A stretch of 64,000 nt of DNA, taken from positions 2,282,061-2,346,060 of the forward strand of contig NZ_OZ257251.1 of assembly GCF_965279625.1 (NCBI RefSeq), given 5' to 3'. The notes below the pieces were generated by a model. The model saw only the letters and a program-made list of their open reading frames with translations, was not told where the DNA came from and did no database searches. Positions 36,492 to 45,132 of the stretch are shown here, in pieces. Both the position numbers and the translations under genes were made by a program. The DNA comes from Reyranella sp. (GTDB lineage: Bacteria > Pseudomonadota > Alphaproteobacteria > Reyranellales > Reyranellaceae). Each line of letters opens with the position of its first letter. The stretch's first letter is position 1.

Positions 36492-37001
36492 TCAGCGCAG
36501 GCCGTAGGACCGGCGGCCGGCCGACGTCAGGTCGAGCGCCCAGGCACCGAGCAGGCAGAGGAACGCCAGGATCGCGCCAAGCGTGCGGACGTGGTTCCAC
36601 AGCGCCCACGGCACGGAGAAGTCCTTCCAGTAGCTCGCGGCGTTGGCGTCGGCACCCGCCACGGTGGCCAGCGTCTCGTTCAGCGGCACATTGACCTGCA
36701 AGGTGACACCGATCACCGCGGCGGCATGGATCAGCGCGGCGAGGCCGGCAAGTCGCGCCGCGCTGCGATGGCCGGCCGAGCGAGCGCCCAGCGCCGCCAG
36801 CAGCGGCAGGATCAGAGCGCCGAAGAAGACGATGGCGAAGATCGGGCCGCGCACGGTGGTGTTCATGCCGTGCATGGCGTTGACGGCCGAGGCGGCGCCG
36901 CCGAGATCGAGGCCCGGCATGATGATGGTCGAGAAGGAATAGAAGATGCCCGCGCTCAGCGCGGTGCACAGCAAGGCGAGGACGAAGAAGACGTGGCGCA
37001 T
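36492..37001 (-). CDS. DUF1772 / anthrone oxygenase family membrane protein
   Basis: AGIFYSFS..IMPGL, NVPLN and WALWNHVR motifs. Confidence 0.85.
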   Translation of the reverse strand: MRHVFFVLALLCTALSAGIFYSFSTIIMPGLDLGGAASAVNAMHGMNTTVRGPIFAIVFFGALILPLLAALGARSAGHRSAARLAGLAALIHAAAVIGVTLQVNVPLNETLATVAGADANAASYWKDFSVPWALWNHVRTLGAILAFLCLLGAWALDLTSAGRRSYGLR

Positions 37002-37040
37002 CCCTGAAACTCCGCTGACCCACCCTACGAAGCTGCAGCC

Positions 37041-38237
37041 CTAGCCGAGGCCGTTGCCGCCGTAAAGCCACTCGAGCGTATCGAGCCACTGGTCCTGGGT
37101 CCGCGCGCCCATGATGGCGTTGCGCAAGGCCGCATGCGGGCCGGCCGGATGATAGACGTGATCGCCCATCTCGCGGGACATGAGCTGTGTTCTTGCCGTG
37201 CGCAGGACACGACGGTCACGATAGGTGACGAGACCGGTCTCGATGGAATCGCCGCTGGACAGCGAATCGGCGAGGCACACGGCATCCTCCATCGCCATGC
37301 AGCCTCCCTGTGACATGTACTGCAGCATGGGGTGTGCAGCGTCGCCCAGCAGAGCCACCCGCCCGTCGACCCAGCGGTCGACCGGGTCACGGTCACAGAG
37401 AACCCACATGTGCCAGTTCTGGCCACGACGTATGATGTTCTGCGCCCGTTCGCAGACATGCAAGAAGCCCTCGCGCACCTCTTCCGTGTCTACCGGCTTG
37501 CCGGCGACCGGCTCGGGGGCATGGTTGTGATAGGTCACGACCAGATTGAACAGCTTCCAGCCCGACAGCGGATAGTGGACGATGTGGCACTTCGGGCCCG
37601 CCCACAGGGTGGCGGCGTTCCAGCGCAGGTCCTCGGGCATCTGATCGGTCGGAATCACCGAGCGGTAGGTCGTGTGTCCCGACACGCGCGGCGGACCGTC
37701 ATTGGTCACCTGCGCACGCACGTTCGACCACAGCCCATCCGCACCGATCAGGGCAAGGCCCTCGACCGTCTCGCCGTTGCGGAGCCGGGCGACGACCGAG
37801 GTGCCATCCTGAACGTATCCGGCGACCTCGGCGCTGGTGCGAAGCTCGATCAGCGGATGATCCTGGCAGCCTTTCAGCAGCACGCCATGAAGATCACCGC
37901 GATGGACGACGGCATAGGGATTGCCAAAACGTGCGCGGAACCTGTCGCCGAGATCGATATGGCAGATCTCGCCGTCGGCCAGCGCATCCATCAGCCGCAG
38001 CTGGTCGATATAGACCGCCATGCTGCGTGCGGCTTCGCCGACCCCGAGCCGATCGAAACAGTGGAAGGCGTTGGGGCCGAGTTGGATGCCGGCGCCGATC
38101 TCCCCGAGGCGGCTCGCTTTCTCGAGCACCTGCGAGGCGATGCCCTTCTGGGCGAGCGCCAGCGCCGCCGCCAGTCCGCCGATGCCGCCGCCGGCGATGA
38201 GAATCCTATCGGGGGCCACCGATGACCTTGTCGTCAT
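37041..38237 (-). CDS. Group A FAD-dependent monooxygenase, 3-hydroxybenzoate 6-hydroxylase-like
   Basis: GGGIGG, EIGAGIQLGPN, IGADG and GDAAHPMLQY motifs. Alternative start GTG 38219. Confidence 0.8.
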   Translation of the reverse strand: MTTRSSVAPDRILIAGGGIGGLAAALALAQKGIASQVLEKASRLGEIGAGIQLGPNAFHCFDRLGVGEAARSMAVYIDQLRLMDALADGEICHIDLGDRFRARFGNPYAVVHRGDLHGVLLKGCQDHPLIELRTSAEVAGYVQDGTSVVARLRNGETVEGLALIGADGLWSNVRAQVTNDGPPRVSGHTTYRSVIPTDQMPEDLRWNAATLWAGPKCHIVHYPLSGWKLFNLVVTYHNHAPEPVAGKPVDTEEVREGFLHVCERAQNIIRRGQNWHMWVLCDRDPVDRWVDGRVALLGDAAHPMLQYMSQGGCMAMEDAVCLADSLSSGDSIETGLVTYRDRRVLRTARTQLMSREMGDHVYHPAGPHAALRNAIMGARTQDQWLDTLEWLYGGNGLG

Positions 38238-39420
38238 GCAAACGGGCGATCTCGTGCCCGGGCAGGCCGAGGATACCGGAAAGGATCTCGTCCGTATGCT
38301 GGCCGAGGACGGGCGCCGGCTGCGGCGGCTGCCGCGGCACGGCGCCGAACTGCATCGGCGAGGCGGCGACGGGATAGCGGCCGATGCCGGGCTGTTCGAG
38401 GATGGTGAACATCGGATTGTCGAGCACGTTCGCTCTGTCGGCGGCCAGCTCGCGGAACGTCTGGTAGGGCGCCCAGAGGGCGCCGGCCTTCTTCAAAGCC
38501 GCCGAGACGTCCGCCGCATCGTGGGCAGCGACCCACGGCTCGATCACGGCAATGAGCTGCTGGCGGGCGTCCCAGCGGCCGGCATCGCTCTTGAGATCGA
38601 CGCCGGTCTCGACCTCGATCTTCCGGAAGGCGTCCGTGAATCCACCGGCCGCCGCCAATGCGTCGACGTGGCGGTCCGAGAAGATGCAGATCATCACGAA
38701 GCGGCCATCCTTCGTGCGGAAGTCGCGGCCGAAGGTGCCGAAGATCTCGTTGCCGAAGCGCGGCCGGTCGACGTCGTTCACGACCGCTTCGCCGAGATAG
38801 CCCAGCGCCGAAGTGGTCGCGAGCGCCATGTCCTGCAGCGGCAGCACGATCTTCTGCCCCTGCCCCGTCATGCGGCGATGGCGTTCGGCGGCCAGAAGCG
38901 AGAGGGCGCCGGCATAGGCGGCGGCCAGATCCCACGGCGGGCAGACCGCGTTCACCGGTCCTTCATGGCCGACCGGGCCGGTGACCATGGGGAAGCCGGT
39001 AATGGCGTTCACCGTGTAGTCGACATGGGCTGAACCGTCGCGCGCGCCGATGATGTTGAGCGCGATCAGGTCGGTGCGCTTCTTCGCCAGCTCCTCGTAG
39101 GCGAGCCAGCCGCGCGCCGGCATGTTGGTGGTGAAGATGCCCGCACCCTCGCCCGGCGCGGTGATCAGCGCCGTCAGCAGCTCGCGCCCTTTGGGATTGC
39201 GCAGATCGACGGCGATCGAACGTTTGCCCTTGTTGAGACCGGCCCAGTAGATCGAGCGGCCATCTTGCGTGACTGGCCAGCGCTCATTGTCGAGACCGCC
39301 CTTGATGTCGTCGAAGCGGATCACGTCGGCGCCCATCTGGGCGAGCGTCATGCCGCCCAGCGGCGCAGCGATGAATGCCGAGCCTTCGACGATGCGGAGG
39401 CCCGCGAGAATGCCTGTCAT
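38206..39420 (-). CDS. mct: Class III CoA-transferase, mesaconyl-CoA C1-C4 transferase (Mct)-like
   Basis: N-terminus GILAGLRIVEGSAFIAAPLGGMTLAQMGADVIRFD, RWPVT, WAGLNKGKRS and FGRDF match my recollection of Chloroflexus Mct; catalytic Asp in WDL. Confidence 0.75.
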   Translation of the reverse strand: MTGILAGLRIVEGSAFIAAPLGGMTLAQMGADVIRFDDIKGGLDNERWPVTQDGRSIYWAGLNKGKRSIAVDLRNPKGRELLTALITAPGEGAGIFTTNMPARGWLAYEELAKKRTDLIALNIIGARDGSAHVDYTVNAITGFPMVTGPVGHEGPVNAVCPPWDLAAAYAGALSLLAAERHRRMTGQGQKIVLPLQDMALATTSALGYLGEAVVNDVDRPRFGNEIFGTFGRDFRTKDGRFVMICIFSDRHVDALAAAGGFTDAFRKIEVETGVDLKSDAGRWDARQQLIAVIEPWVAAHDAADVSAALKKAGALWAPYQTFRELAADRANVLDNPMFTILEQPGIGRYPVAASPMQFGAVPRQPPQPAPVLGQHTDEILSGILGLPGHEIARLHDDKVIGGPR

Positions 39421-39459
39421 GTACGTTTCCCGTGTCTTGGTTCGTTGTCGCGCGCGTCG

Positions 39460-40581
39460 CTATTTGCGCCCGAGCGTGTGCTCGCGCTTCTCCAGCCACC
39501 AGCCGTATTCCGGCGTCCACAGCTCGAAGTCGGGATCGCAGCCCAGCGCCTGCGCGGCGTGCAACGCCCAGAACGGCTCGTAGAGCGCCTGGCGGCCGAT
39601 CGCGATCAGGTCGGCGTCGCCCGACTGCAGGATCGCCTCGGCCTGCGGCCCGTCGAGGATCAGGCCGACAGCCATCGTGGCGATGCCCGCCTGCTTCTTC
39701 ACGGCCGAAGCGAACGGCACCTGGAAACCAAGGCCGCGCTTCACACCGGCCGCGGTCGCGGCACCGGCGATACCGCCGGAGGAGCAGTCGATCACGTCGA
39801 CGCCGATCGCCTTCAGCTCCTGGGCGAAGGCCACCGTGTCATCGACGTCCCAGCCGCCGCCGCCATCGACGGCAGAGACGCGCACGAACAGCGGCTTGTT
39901 CTCCGGCCACGCCTCACGCACGGCGCGCGCCACGTCGAGCGGGAAGCGCATGCGGCCGGCGCGGTCGCCACCATACTGATCGTTGCGTGTGTTGCTGATC
40001 GGCGAGAGGAACTGCGCCAGCAGGTAGCCATGCGCACCATGCACCTCGAGCACGTCGTAGCCCGCTGCATCGGCCCGCTTCGCCGCGGCCGCGAACTTCT
40101 GCACCAGCTCCTCGATCTCGGCAACCGACAGGGCTCGCGGCTTCAGCCACCCTTCGGCCGCCGCAAGATCGGTCGGGCCGACCACTTCCCATTTCTGCCA
40201 GCCGGCGCCTTCGGGTCCGAACTGGCCGCGCTTGTCGAAGGTACGCGGCGTCGAGCCCTTGCGACCCGAGTGGGTGATCTGGGTCGCCGACAGCACGCCC
40301 TCGCCGCGGATGAAATCGGTCAGTCGCTTGTGGCTCGCGATCTGGCCGTCGTCCCACAGGCCGAGATCGCCCTGCGTGACGCGGCCTCTCGGTTCAACGG
40401 CGCAATTCTCGGTAAAGACGGTGCCGAACTTGCCCAGCGCGAACTTGCCGAGATGGACGAGGTGGAAATCGTTCACCAGCCCGTCCGTCGCGCGGAACTG
40501 GACCATGGGGGAAACGACGCAGCGATTGGGTGCGGTGACGCCGCGCATCTTGAGCGGCGTGAAGAGAAGCGGTTTCTGCAA
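39460..40581 (-). CDS. NADH:flavin oxidoreductase / Old Yellow Enzyme (YqjM-like)
   Basis: TTG start inferred. VVSPMVQF, HGAHGYLLAQFLSP, DQYGG motifs. Confidence 0.88.
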   Translation of the reverse strand: MQKPLLFTPLKMRGVTAPNRCVVSPMVQFRATDGLVNDFHLVHLGKFALGKFGTVFTENCAVEPRGRVTQGDLGLWDDGQIASHKRLTDFIRGEGVLSATQITHSGRKGSTPRTFDKRGQFGPEGAGWQKWEVVGPTDLAAAEGWLKPRALSVAEIEELVQKFAAAAKRADAAGYDVLEVHGAHGYLLAQFLSPISNTRNDQYGGDRAGRMRFPLDVARAVREAWPENKPLFVRVSAVDGGGGWDVDDTVAFAQELKAIGVDVIDCSSGGIAGAATAAGVKRGLGFQVPFASAVKKQAGIATMAVGLILDGPQAEAILQSGDADLIAIGRQALYEPFWALHAAQALGCDPDFELWTPEYGWWLEKREHTLGRK

Positions 40582-40647
40582 AGGTCGGTCCCCCGGACGG
40601 GATGGCTTACGGAAAGCCCAACATAGACCGGGGCGACCCTCAGGGCC

Positions 40648-40662
40648 TATCCTCCCCCCATG
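40648..40662 (+). promoter_or_regulatory. Leaderless-type promoter: -10 hexamer 6 nt before the ATG
   Basis: TATCCT-CCCCCC-ATG with no Shine-Dalgarno. Confidence 0.5.
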
Positions 40663-42366
40663 TTTGACCTCGTCATCCGAAACGGAACCGTGATCGACGG
40701 CTCGGGCGCCCCGCGCCGAATCGCCGATGTTGCAGTGCAAGGTGATCGCGTCGCCGCCGTCGGTCCCAAGCTGGGACAGGGCAAGCGCGAGATCGACGCC
40801 GACGGGCTGATCGTTGCCCCAGGCTTCGTCGACATCCACACCCACTACGATGGACAGGCGACCTGGGACCCGTTCGTCACGCCGTCCTCCTGGCATGGCG
40901 TCACGACGACGGTGTTCGGCAATTGCGGCGTCGGCTTCGCGCCGGTGCGGCCCGGCGCCTCGGGTTACCTCATCAACCTGATGGAAGGCGTCGAGGACAT
41001 TCCCGGCACCGTCCTCAGCGAGGGCGTGAAGTTCAACTGGGAATCCTTTCCCGATTATCTCGATGCGCTGGCCTCGATGGATCGCGCGGTCGACGTGGCC
41101 GCACAGCTGCCGCATGGCGCGCTGCGCTTCTACGTGATGGGCGATCGCGGTGCCGAGCATGCCGAGGTGCCGACCGAACGCGAGATCGAGGAGATGGCCC
41201 GTCTCACCGAGGAAGCGCTGCACGCCGGCGCCATGGGCTTCACCACCTCGCGCACCACCAAGCACAAGGCCCGTGACGGCCGCTTCACGCCCACGCTCAG
41301 CGCCCGCGAGGCCGAGTTGCTGGGCATTGCCCAGGGCATGAAGCGCGCCGGCCGTGGCGTGCTGCAGGTCAATTCCGACTTCGGGCCGGGCGAGTTCGAA
41401 GCGCTGGACGCGGCCGCGAAGCTGGCCGGCCGTCCGCTCTCCTGCCTGCTGGTACAGGTCGACGCGCAGCCCAAGCTTTGGCGCGAGACACTCGACCAGA
41501 TCAACGCCGTGCGCCGCAGCGGCCGCATGGCCAACGCGCAGGTGGGCTCAAGGCCGATCGGCGTCATCATGGGCCTCGAGACGACGGCGCATCCGTTCGC
41601 GGGTCATCGCGCCTGGCTCGACATGCGCAAACTGTCGCCCGAGGAGCGCTACCAGCGCCTCGCCACCGACGCCGACCTGCGCATGGCGCTCACCGAGACG
41701 CAGCAGGAGCCCAACCCGCGCGCCTTCATGGCCGAGGCCTTCGACCGGATGTTCCCGATCGGCGAGCGGCCCGACTACGAACCCGACACCAAGGATTCGA
41801 TCGCGTCCATCGCGCAGCGCACGGGACGCACGCCGCAGGCGGTGGCACTCGAGGAGATGATGTCACGCGGCGGCAAGGGTCTCCTGATGCTGCCCTTCGA
41901 GAACTATGCCTATGGCAGCCTCGACGTGGTGCACGAGATGATCACCGACCCCGCATCGGTGCTGGGCATCGCCGACGGCGGTGCCCATGTCGGCGTGATC
42001 TGCGACGCCTCCTCGCCGACCTCGCTGCTGACCCTGTGGGGCCGCGACCGCACCCGAGGACCGAAGCTCGACCTCGAATTCCTGATCGCCAAGCAGACGC
42101 GTGGCACGGCCGAGGCCTATGGGCTGATGGACCGCGGGCTGCTGGCGCCGGGCCACAAGGCCGACATCAACGTGATCGACTTCGACGCCCTGACCCTGAA
42201 GCGCCCCGAGGTTGCCTACGACCTGCCGACTGGCGGCCGCCGCCTGATCCAGCGCGCCTCGGGCTACCGGCACACGTTCAATGCCGGCGTCGAAACGCTG
42301 CAGAACGACGATTTGACCGGCGAACGCCCCGGCCGGCTGGTGCGCGGTGCGCAGACGGCGCGATAG
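40660..42366 (+). CDS. N-acyl-D-amino-acid deacylase family amidohydrolase
   Basis: APGFVDIHTHYD, GVTTTVFGNCG and ADGGAH motifs. Confidence 0.9.
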   Translation: MFDLVIRNGTVIDGSGAPRRIADVAVQGDRVAAVGPKLGQGKREIDADGLIVAPGFVDIHTHYDGQATWDPFVTPSSWHGVTTTVFGNCGVGFAPVRPGASGYLINLMEGVEDIPGTVLSEGVKFNWESFPDYLDALASMDRAVDVAAQLPHGALRFYVMGDRGAEHAEVPTEREIEEMARLTEEALHAGAMGFTTSRTTKHKARDGRFTPTLSAREAELLGIAQGMKRAGRGVLQVNSDFGPGEFEALDAAAKLAGRPLSCLLVQVDAQPKLWRETLDQINAVRRSGRMANAQVGSRPIGVIMGLETTAHPFAGHRAWLDMRKLSPEERYQRLATDADLRMALTETQQEPNPRAFMAEAFDRMFPIGERPDYEPDTKDSIASIAQRTGRTPQAVALEEMMSRGGKGLLMLPFENYAYGSLDVVHEMITDPASVLGIADGGAHVGVICDASSPTSLLTLWGRDRTRGPKLDLEFLIAKQTRGTAEAYGLMDRGLLAPGHKADINVIDFDALTLKRPEVAYDLPTGGRRLIQRASGYRHTFNAGVETLQNDDLTGERPGRLVRGAQTAR

Positions 42367-42418
42367 CGCGAAGTGATTTAAAAGCTGACCGGTAAACGGG
42401 ATGACAATTAGCCCCTCA

Positions 42419-42506
42419 TGTCATCCTGAACGAAGCGAAGGATCTCACGCCAGCACGGGAGTCCTTTGGTCGACGCGCAAGGTCCTTCGCTTCGCTCAGG
42501 ACGACA
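42419..42506. repeat. GTCATCC-type palindromic repeat, family B copy 2
   Basis: GTCATCCTGAACGAAGCGAAGGATCT (42420-42445) with inverted arm 42480-42505; between convergent genes. Confidence 0.85.
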
Positions 42507-42548
42507 ATTAATGATATCTGCCTTTTAAGCGCCGCCTTGGCCGGCGAC

Positions 42549-43250
42549 TTACACCGTCATGTGCTTGCGCACGGCCTCGACATCGAACGTCTCGCGGGTG
42601 CCCGAGAGAACGACTTCGCCGCGGTCCATGACCGCGAAGTCGTCGGCGAGTTCATGGGCGAAATCGAGATATTGCTCGACCAGCACGATCGCCATGTCGC
42701 CGCGCTGGCGCAGGTAGACGATGGCGCGGCCGATATCCTTGATGACCGAGGGCTGGATGCCTTCGGTCGGCTCGTCGAGCAGCAGCAGCTTGGGCCGCAT
42801 GGTGAGCGCGCGGCCGATCGCCAGCTGCTGCTGCTGGCCGCCCGAGAGATCGCCGCCGCGGCGCTTCAGCATCGACTGCAGCACCGGGAAGAGCTCGAAC
42901 ACCTCGTCCGGCACCTTCTTGTGCTCGCGGCCGACCGGCGCGAATCCGGTCTCGAGATTCTCCTTCACCGTCAGCAGCGGGAAGATCTCGCGGCCCTGCG
43001 GCACCAGCGCCACGCCGCGGCGGGCGCGTTCGTAGGGCGGCAGTTTCGAGACTTCCTGGCCATCGACCTGGATGGTTCCCGAAGCAATCGACTGCATGCC
43101 GGAGATCGCACGCAGCAGGCTGGTCTTGCCGACGCCGTTGCGCCCGAGCAGGCAGGTGACGCGACCGATCGTGGCCGTCAGCGACACGCCGCGCAGCGCC
43201 TGGGCAGCGCCGTAGTAGAGATTGACGTTCTGGGCTGAAAGCATCGTCAT
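42549..43250 (-). CDS. urtE: Urea ABC transporter ATP-binding subunit
   Basis: GRNGVGKT, VPQGREIF, LSGGQQQQLAIGRAL, DEPTEGIQP. Confidence 0.93.
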   Translation of the reverse strand: MTMLSAQNVNLYYGAAQALRGVSLTATIGRVTCLLGRNGVGKTSLLRAISGMQSIASGTIQVDGQEVSKLPPYERARRGVALVPQGREIFPLLTVKENLETGFAPVGREHKKVPDEVFELFPVLQSMLKRRGGDLSGGQQQQLAIGRALTMRPKLLLLDEPTEGIQPSVIKDIGRAIVYLRQRGDMAIVLVEQYLDFAHELADDFAVMDRGEVVLSGTRETFDVEAVRKHMTV

Positions 43251-44017
43251 CGTCCGAGATACACTTCGACAACACGCGGGTCGGCGCTCACCTGGTCGAG
43301 CGAACCCTCGGCCAGGGTCGAGCCCTCGTGCAGCACGGTCACCTTGACGCCGAGAGCGCGCACGAAGCTCATGTCGTGCTCGACCACGACGACCGAATGC
43401 GATTTGTTGACCTCGCGCAGCACCTGCGCGGTGGTCTCGGTCTCGACGTCGGTCATGCCGGCGACCGGCTCGTCGACCAGCATCAGCTTGGGATTCTGCG
43501 CCAGCAGCATGCCGATCTCGAGCCACTGCTTCTGGCCGTGGCTGAGCCGGGCGCCCAGCATGTGCTGCTGCGGTCCCATGCGGATGATCGACAGGATCTC
43601 CTCCAGCCGGTCGTTCTCGGCCTTGCTGGGCGCCGCCATGAGCAACTGGTACCAGCCCCGCATGCCGGCCAGCGCCAGCAGGAGATTGTCGCGCACCGTG
43701 TGGTTGTCGAACACGGTGGGCTTCTGGAATTTGCGGCCGATGCCGAGTGTGGCGATGCTGGCCTCGTCGAGCTTGGTGAGGTCGGCCCTGCCGTCGAACA
43801 CCACCTCGCCCGAGTCGGGCCGGGTCTTGCCGGTGATCACGTCCATCATGGTGGTCTTGCCGGCGCCATTGGGCCCGATGATCGCCCGCATCTCACCGGG
43901 CTCGATCAGGAGGGAGAGATTGTTCAGCGCCTTGAAGCCGTCGAACGAGACGCTGACGCCGCTGAGATAGAGAAGCGCCGACGTGGAGCGCGCGTGAGTG
44001 ATGCCGGGGGCCTTCAT
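43247..44017 (-). CDS. urtD: Urea ABC transporter ATP-binding subunit
   Basis: GPNGAGKT, GIGRKFQKP, LSHGQKQWLEIG. Confidence 0.93.
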   Translation of the reverse strand: MKAPGITHARSTSALLYLSGVSVSFDGFKALNNLSLLIEPGEMRAIIGPNGAGKTTMMDVITGKTRPDSGEVVFDGRADLTKLDEASIATLGIGRKFQKPTVFDNHTVRDNLLLALAGMRGWYQLLMAAPSKAENDRLEEILSIIRMGPQQHMLGARLSHGQKQWLEIGMLLAQNPKLMLVDEPVAGMTDVETETTAQVLREVNKSHSVVVVEHDMSFVRALGVKVTVLHEGSTLAEGSLDQVSADPRVVEVYLGR

Positions 44018-45132
44018 GCCGCAGCCCTCGCCTGTCGCTCGCGCGATCGATTCCTGAACTGGTTCCACAGGCCGACGACGCCCTTGGGCAGCAGCAGCGT
44101 CACGACGATGAACAGGGCGCCGAGCGCGAACAGCCAGACCTCCGGCAGCGCGCCGGTGAGCCAGGTCTTGCCGAAATTCACGATGAAGGCGCCGATCACC
44201 GGCCCGATCAGCGTGCCCCGCCCACCGACCGCGACCCACAGCACCGCCTCGATCGAATTGCCGGGCGAGAACTCACCGGGATTGATGATGCCGACCTGCG
44301 GCACGTAGAGCGCGCCCGCGATGCCGGCCATTGCCGCCGACAGCACGAAGACGAACAGCTTGTAGCGCTCGACCCGGTAGCCCAGGAACCGCATCCGACT
44401 CTCGGCGTCGCGTACCGCGGTCAGGGCCTTGCCGAAGCGCGAGCCGACAACGGCCGCCGAGATCACCAGGAAGATCGCCAGCGCGAGGGCCGAGACAAAG
44501 CACAGCACGGCGCGCGTCGTGTCGGACTGGACCGAATAGCCGAGGATGTCCTTGAAGTCGGTCAGGCCGTTGTTGCCGCCCAGCCCCATGTCGTTGCGGA
44601 AGAAGGCCAGCAGCAGGGCGAAGGTCATCGCCTGGGTGATGATGGACAGATAGACGCCGGTGACGCGGCTGCGGAAGGCGAACCAGCCGAGCCCCAGCGC
44701 GAGCAGGCTCGGCACCAGCACGATCATCGGTGCAGCAAACCAGAAGCTGTCGAAGCCGTGCCAGAACCAGGGCAGTTCCTTGTAGTTCAGGAACACCATG
44801 AAGTCCGGCAGGAGGGGATTGCCGTACACGCCGCGCGTGCCGATCTGGCGCATCAGGTACATGCCCATGCAGTAGCCGCCGAGCGCGAAGAAGGCGGCAT
44901 GGCCGAGCGTGAGGATGCCGCAGAAGCCCCAGACGAGATCGACGGCCAGCGCCAGCGAGGCGTAGCAGAGATACTTGCCGACGAGCTGTACCGCCCAGGA
45001 CGGCATGCGAAAGGCACTGTCGACCGGCAGCAGCAGGTTCGACAGCGGCACGAGGATGCCGACCGCCAGAACCAGCAGGACGAAGAGGCGCAGGTTACGG
45101 GTCATGCCCTGCCAGAGGAACCGTGTGACCAT
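44014..45132 (-). CDS. urtC: Urea ABC transporter permease
   Basis: GNPLLPDFM, YLSIITQA, NDMGLGGNNGLTDFK motifs. Confidence 0.93.
   Translation of the reverse strand: MVTRFLWQGMTRNLRLFVLLVLAVGILVPLSNLLLPVDSAFRMPSWAVQLVGKYLCYASLALAVDLVWGFCGILTLGHAAFFALGGYCMGMYLMRQIGTRGVYGNPLLPDFMVFLNYKELPWFWHGFDSFWFAAPMIVLVPSLLALGLGWFAFRSRVTGVYLSIITQAMTFALLLAFFRNDMGLGGNNGLTDFKDILGYSVQSDTTRAVLCFVSALALAIFLVISAAVVGSRFGKALTAVRDAESRMRFLGYRVERYKLFVFVLSAAMAGIAGALYVPQVGIINPGEFSPGNSIEAVLWVAVGGRGTLIGPVIGAFIVNFGKTWLTGALPEVWLFALGALFIVVTLLLPKGVVGLWNQFRNRSRERQARAAA

Noticed and set aside
39460-41265. 601-aa version of the OYE ORF
   Set aside because: The extra 228 aa overlap the divergent amidohydrolase gene and lack homology features; the OYE domain starts near TTG 40581.
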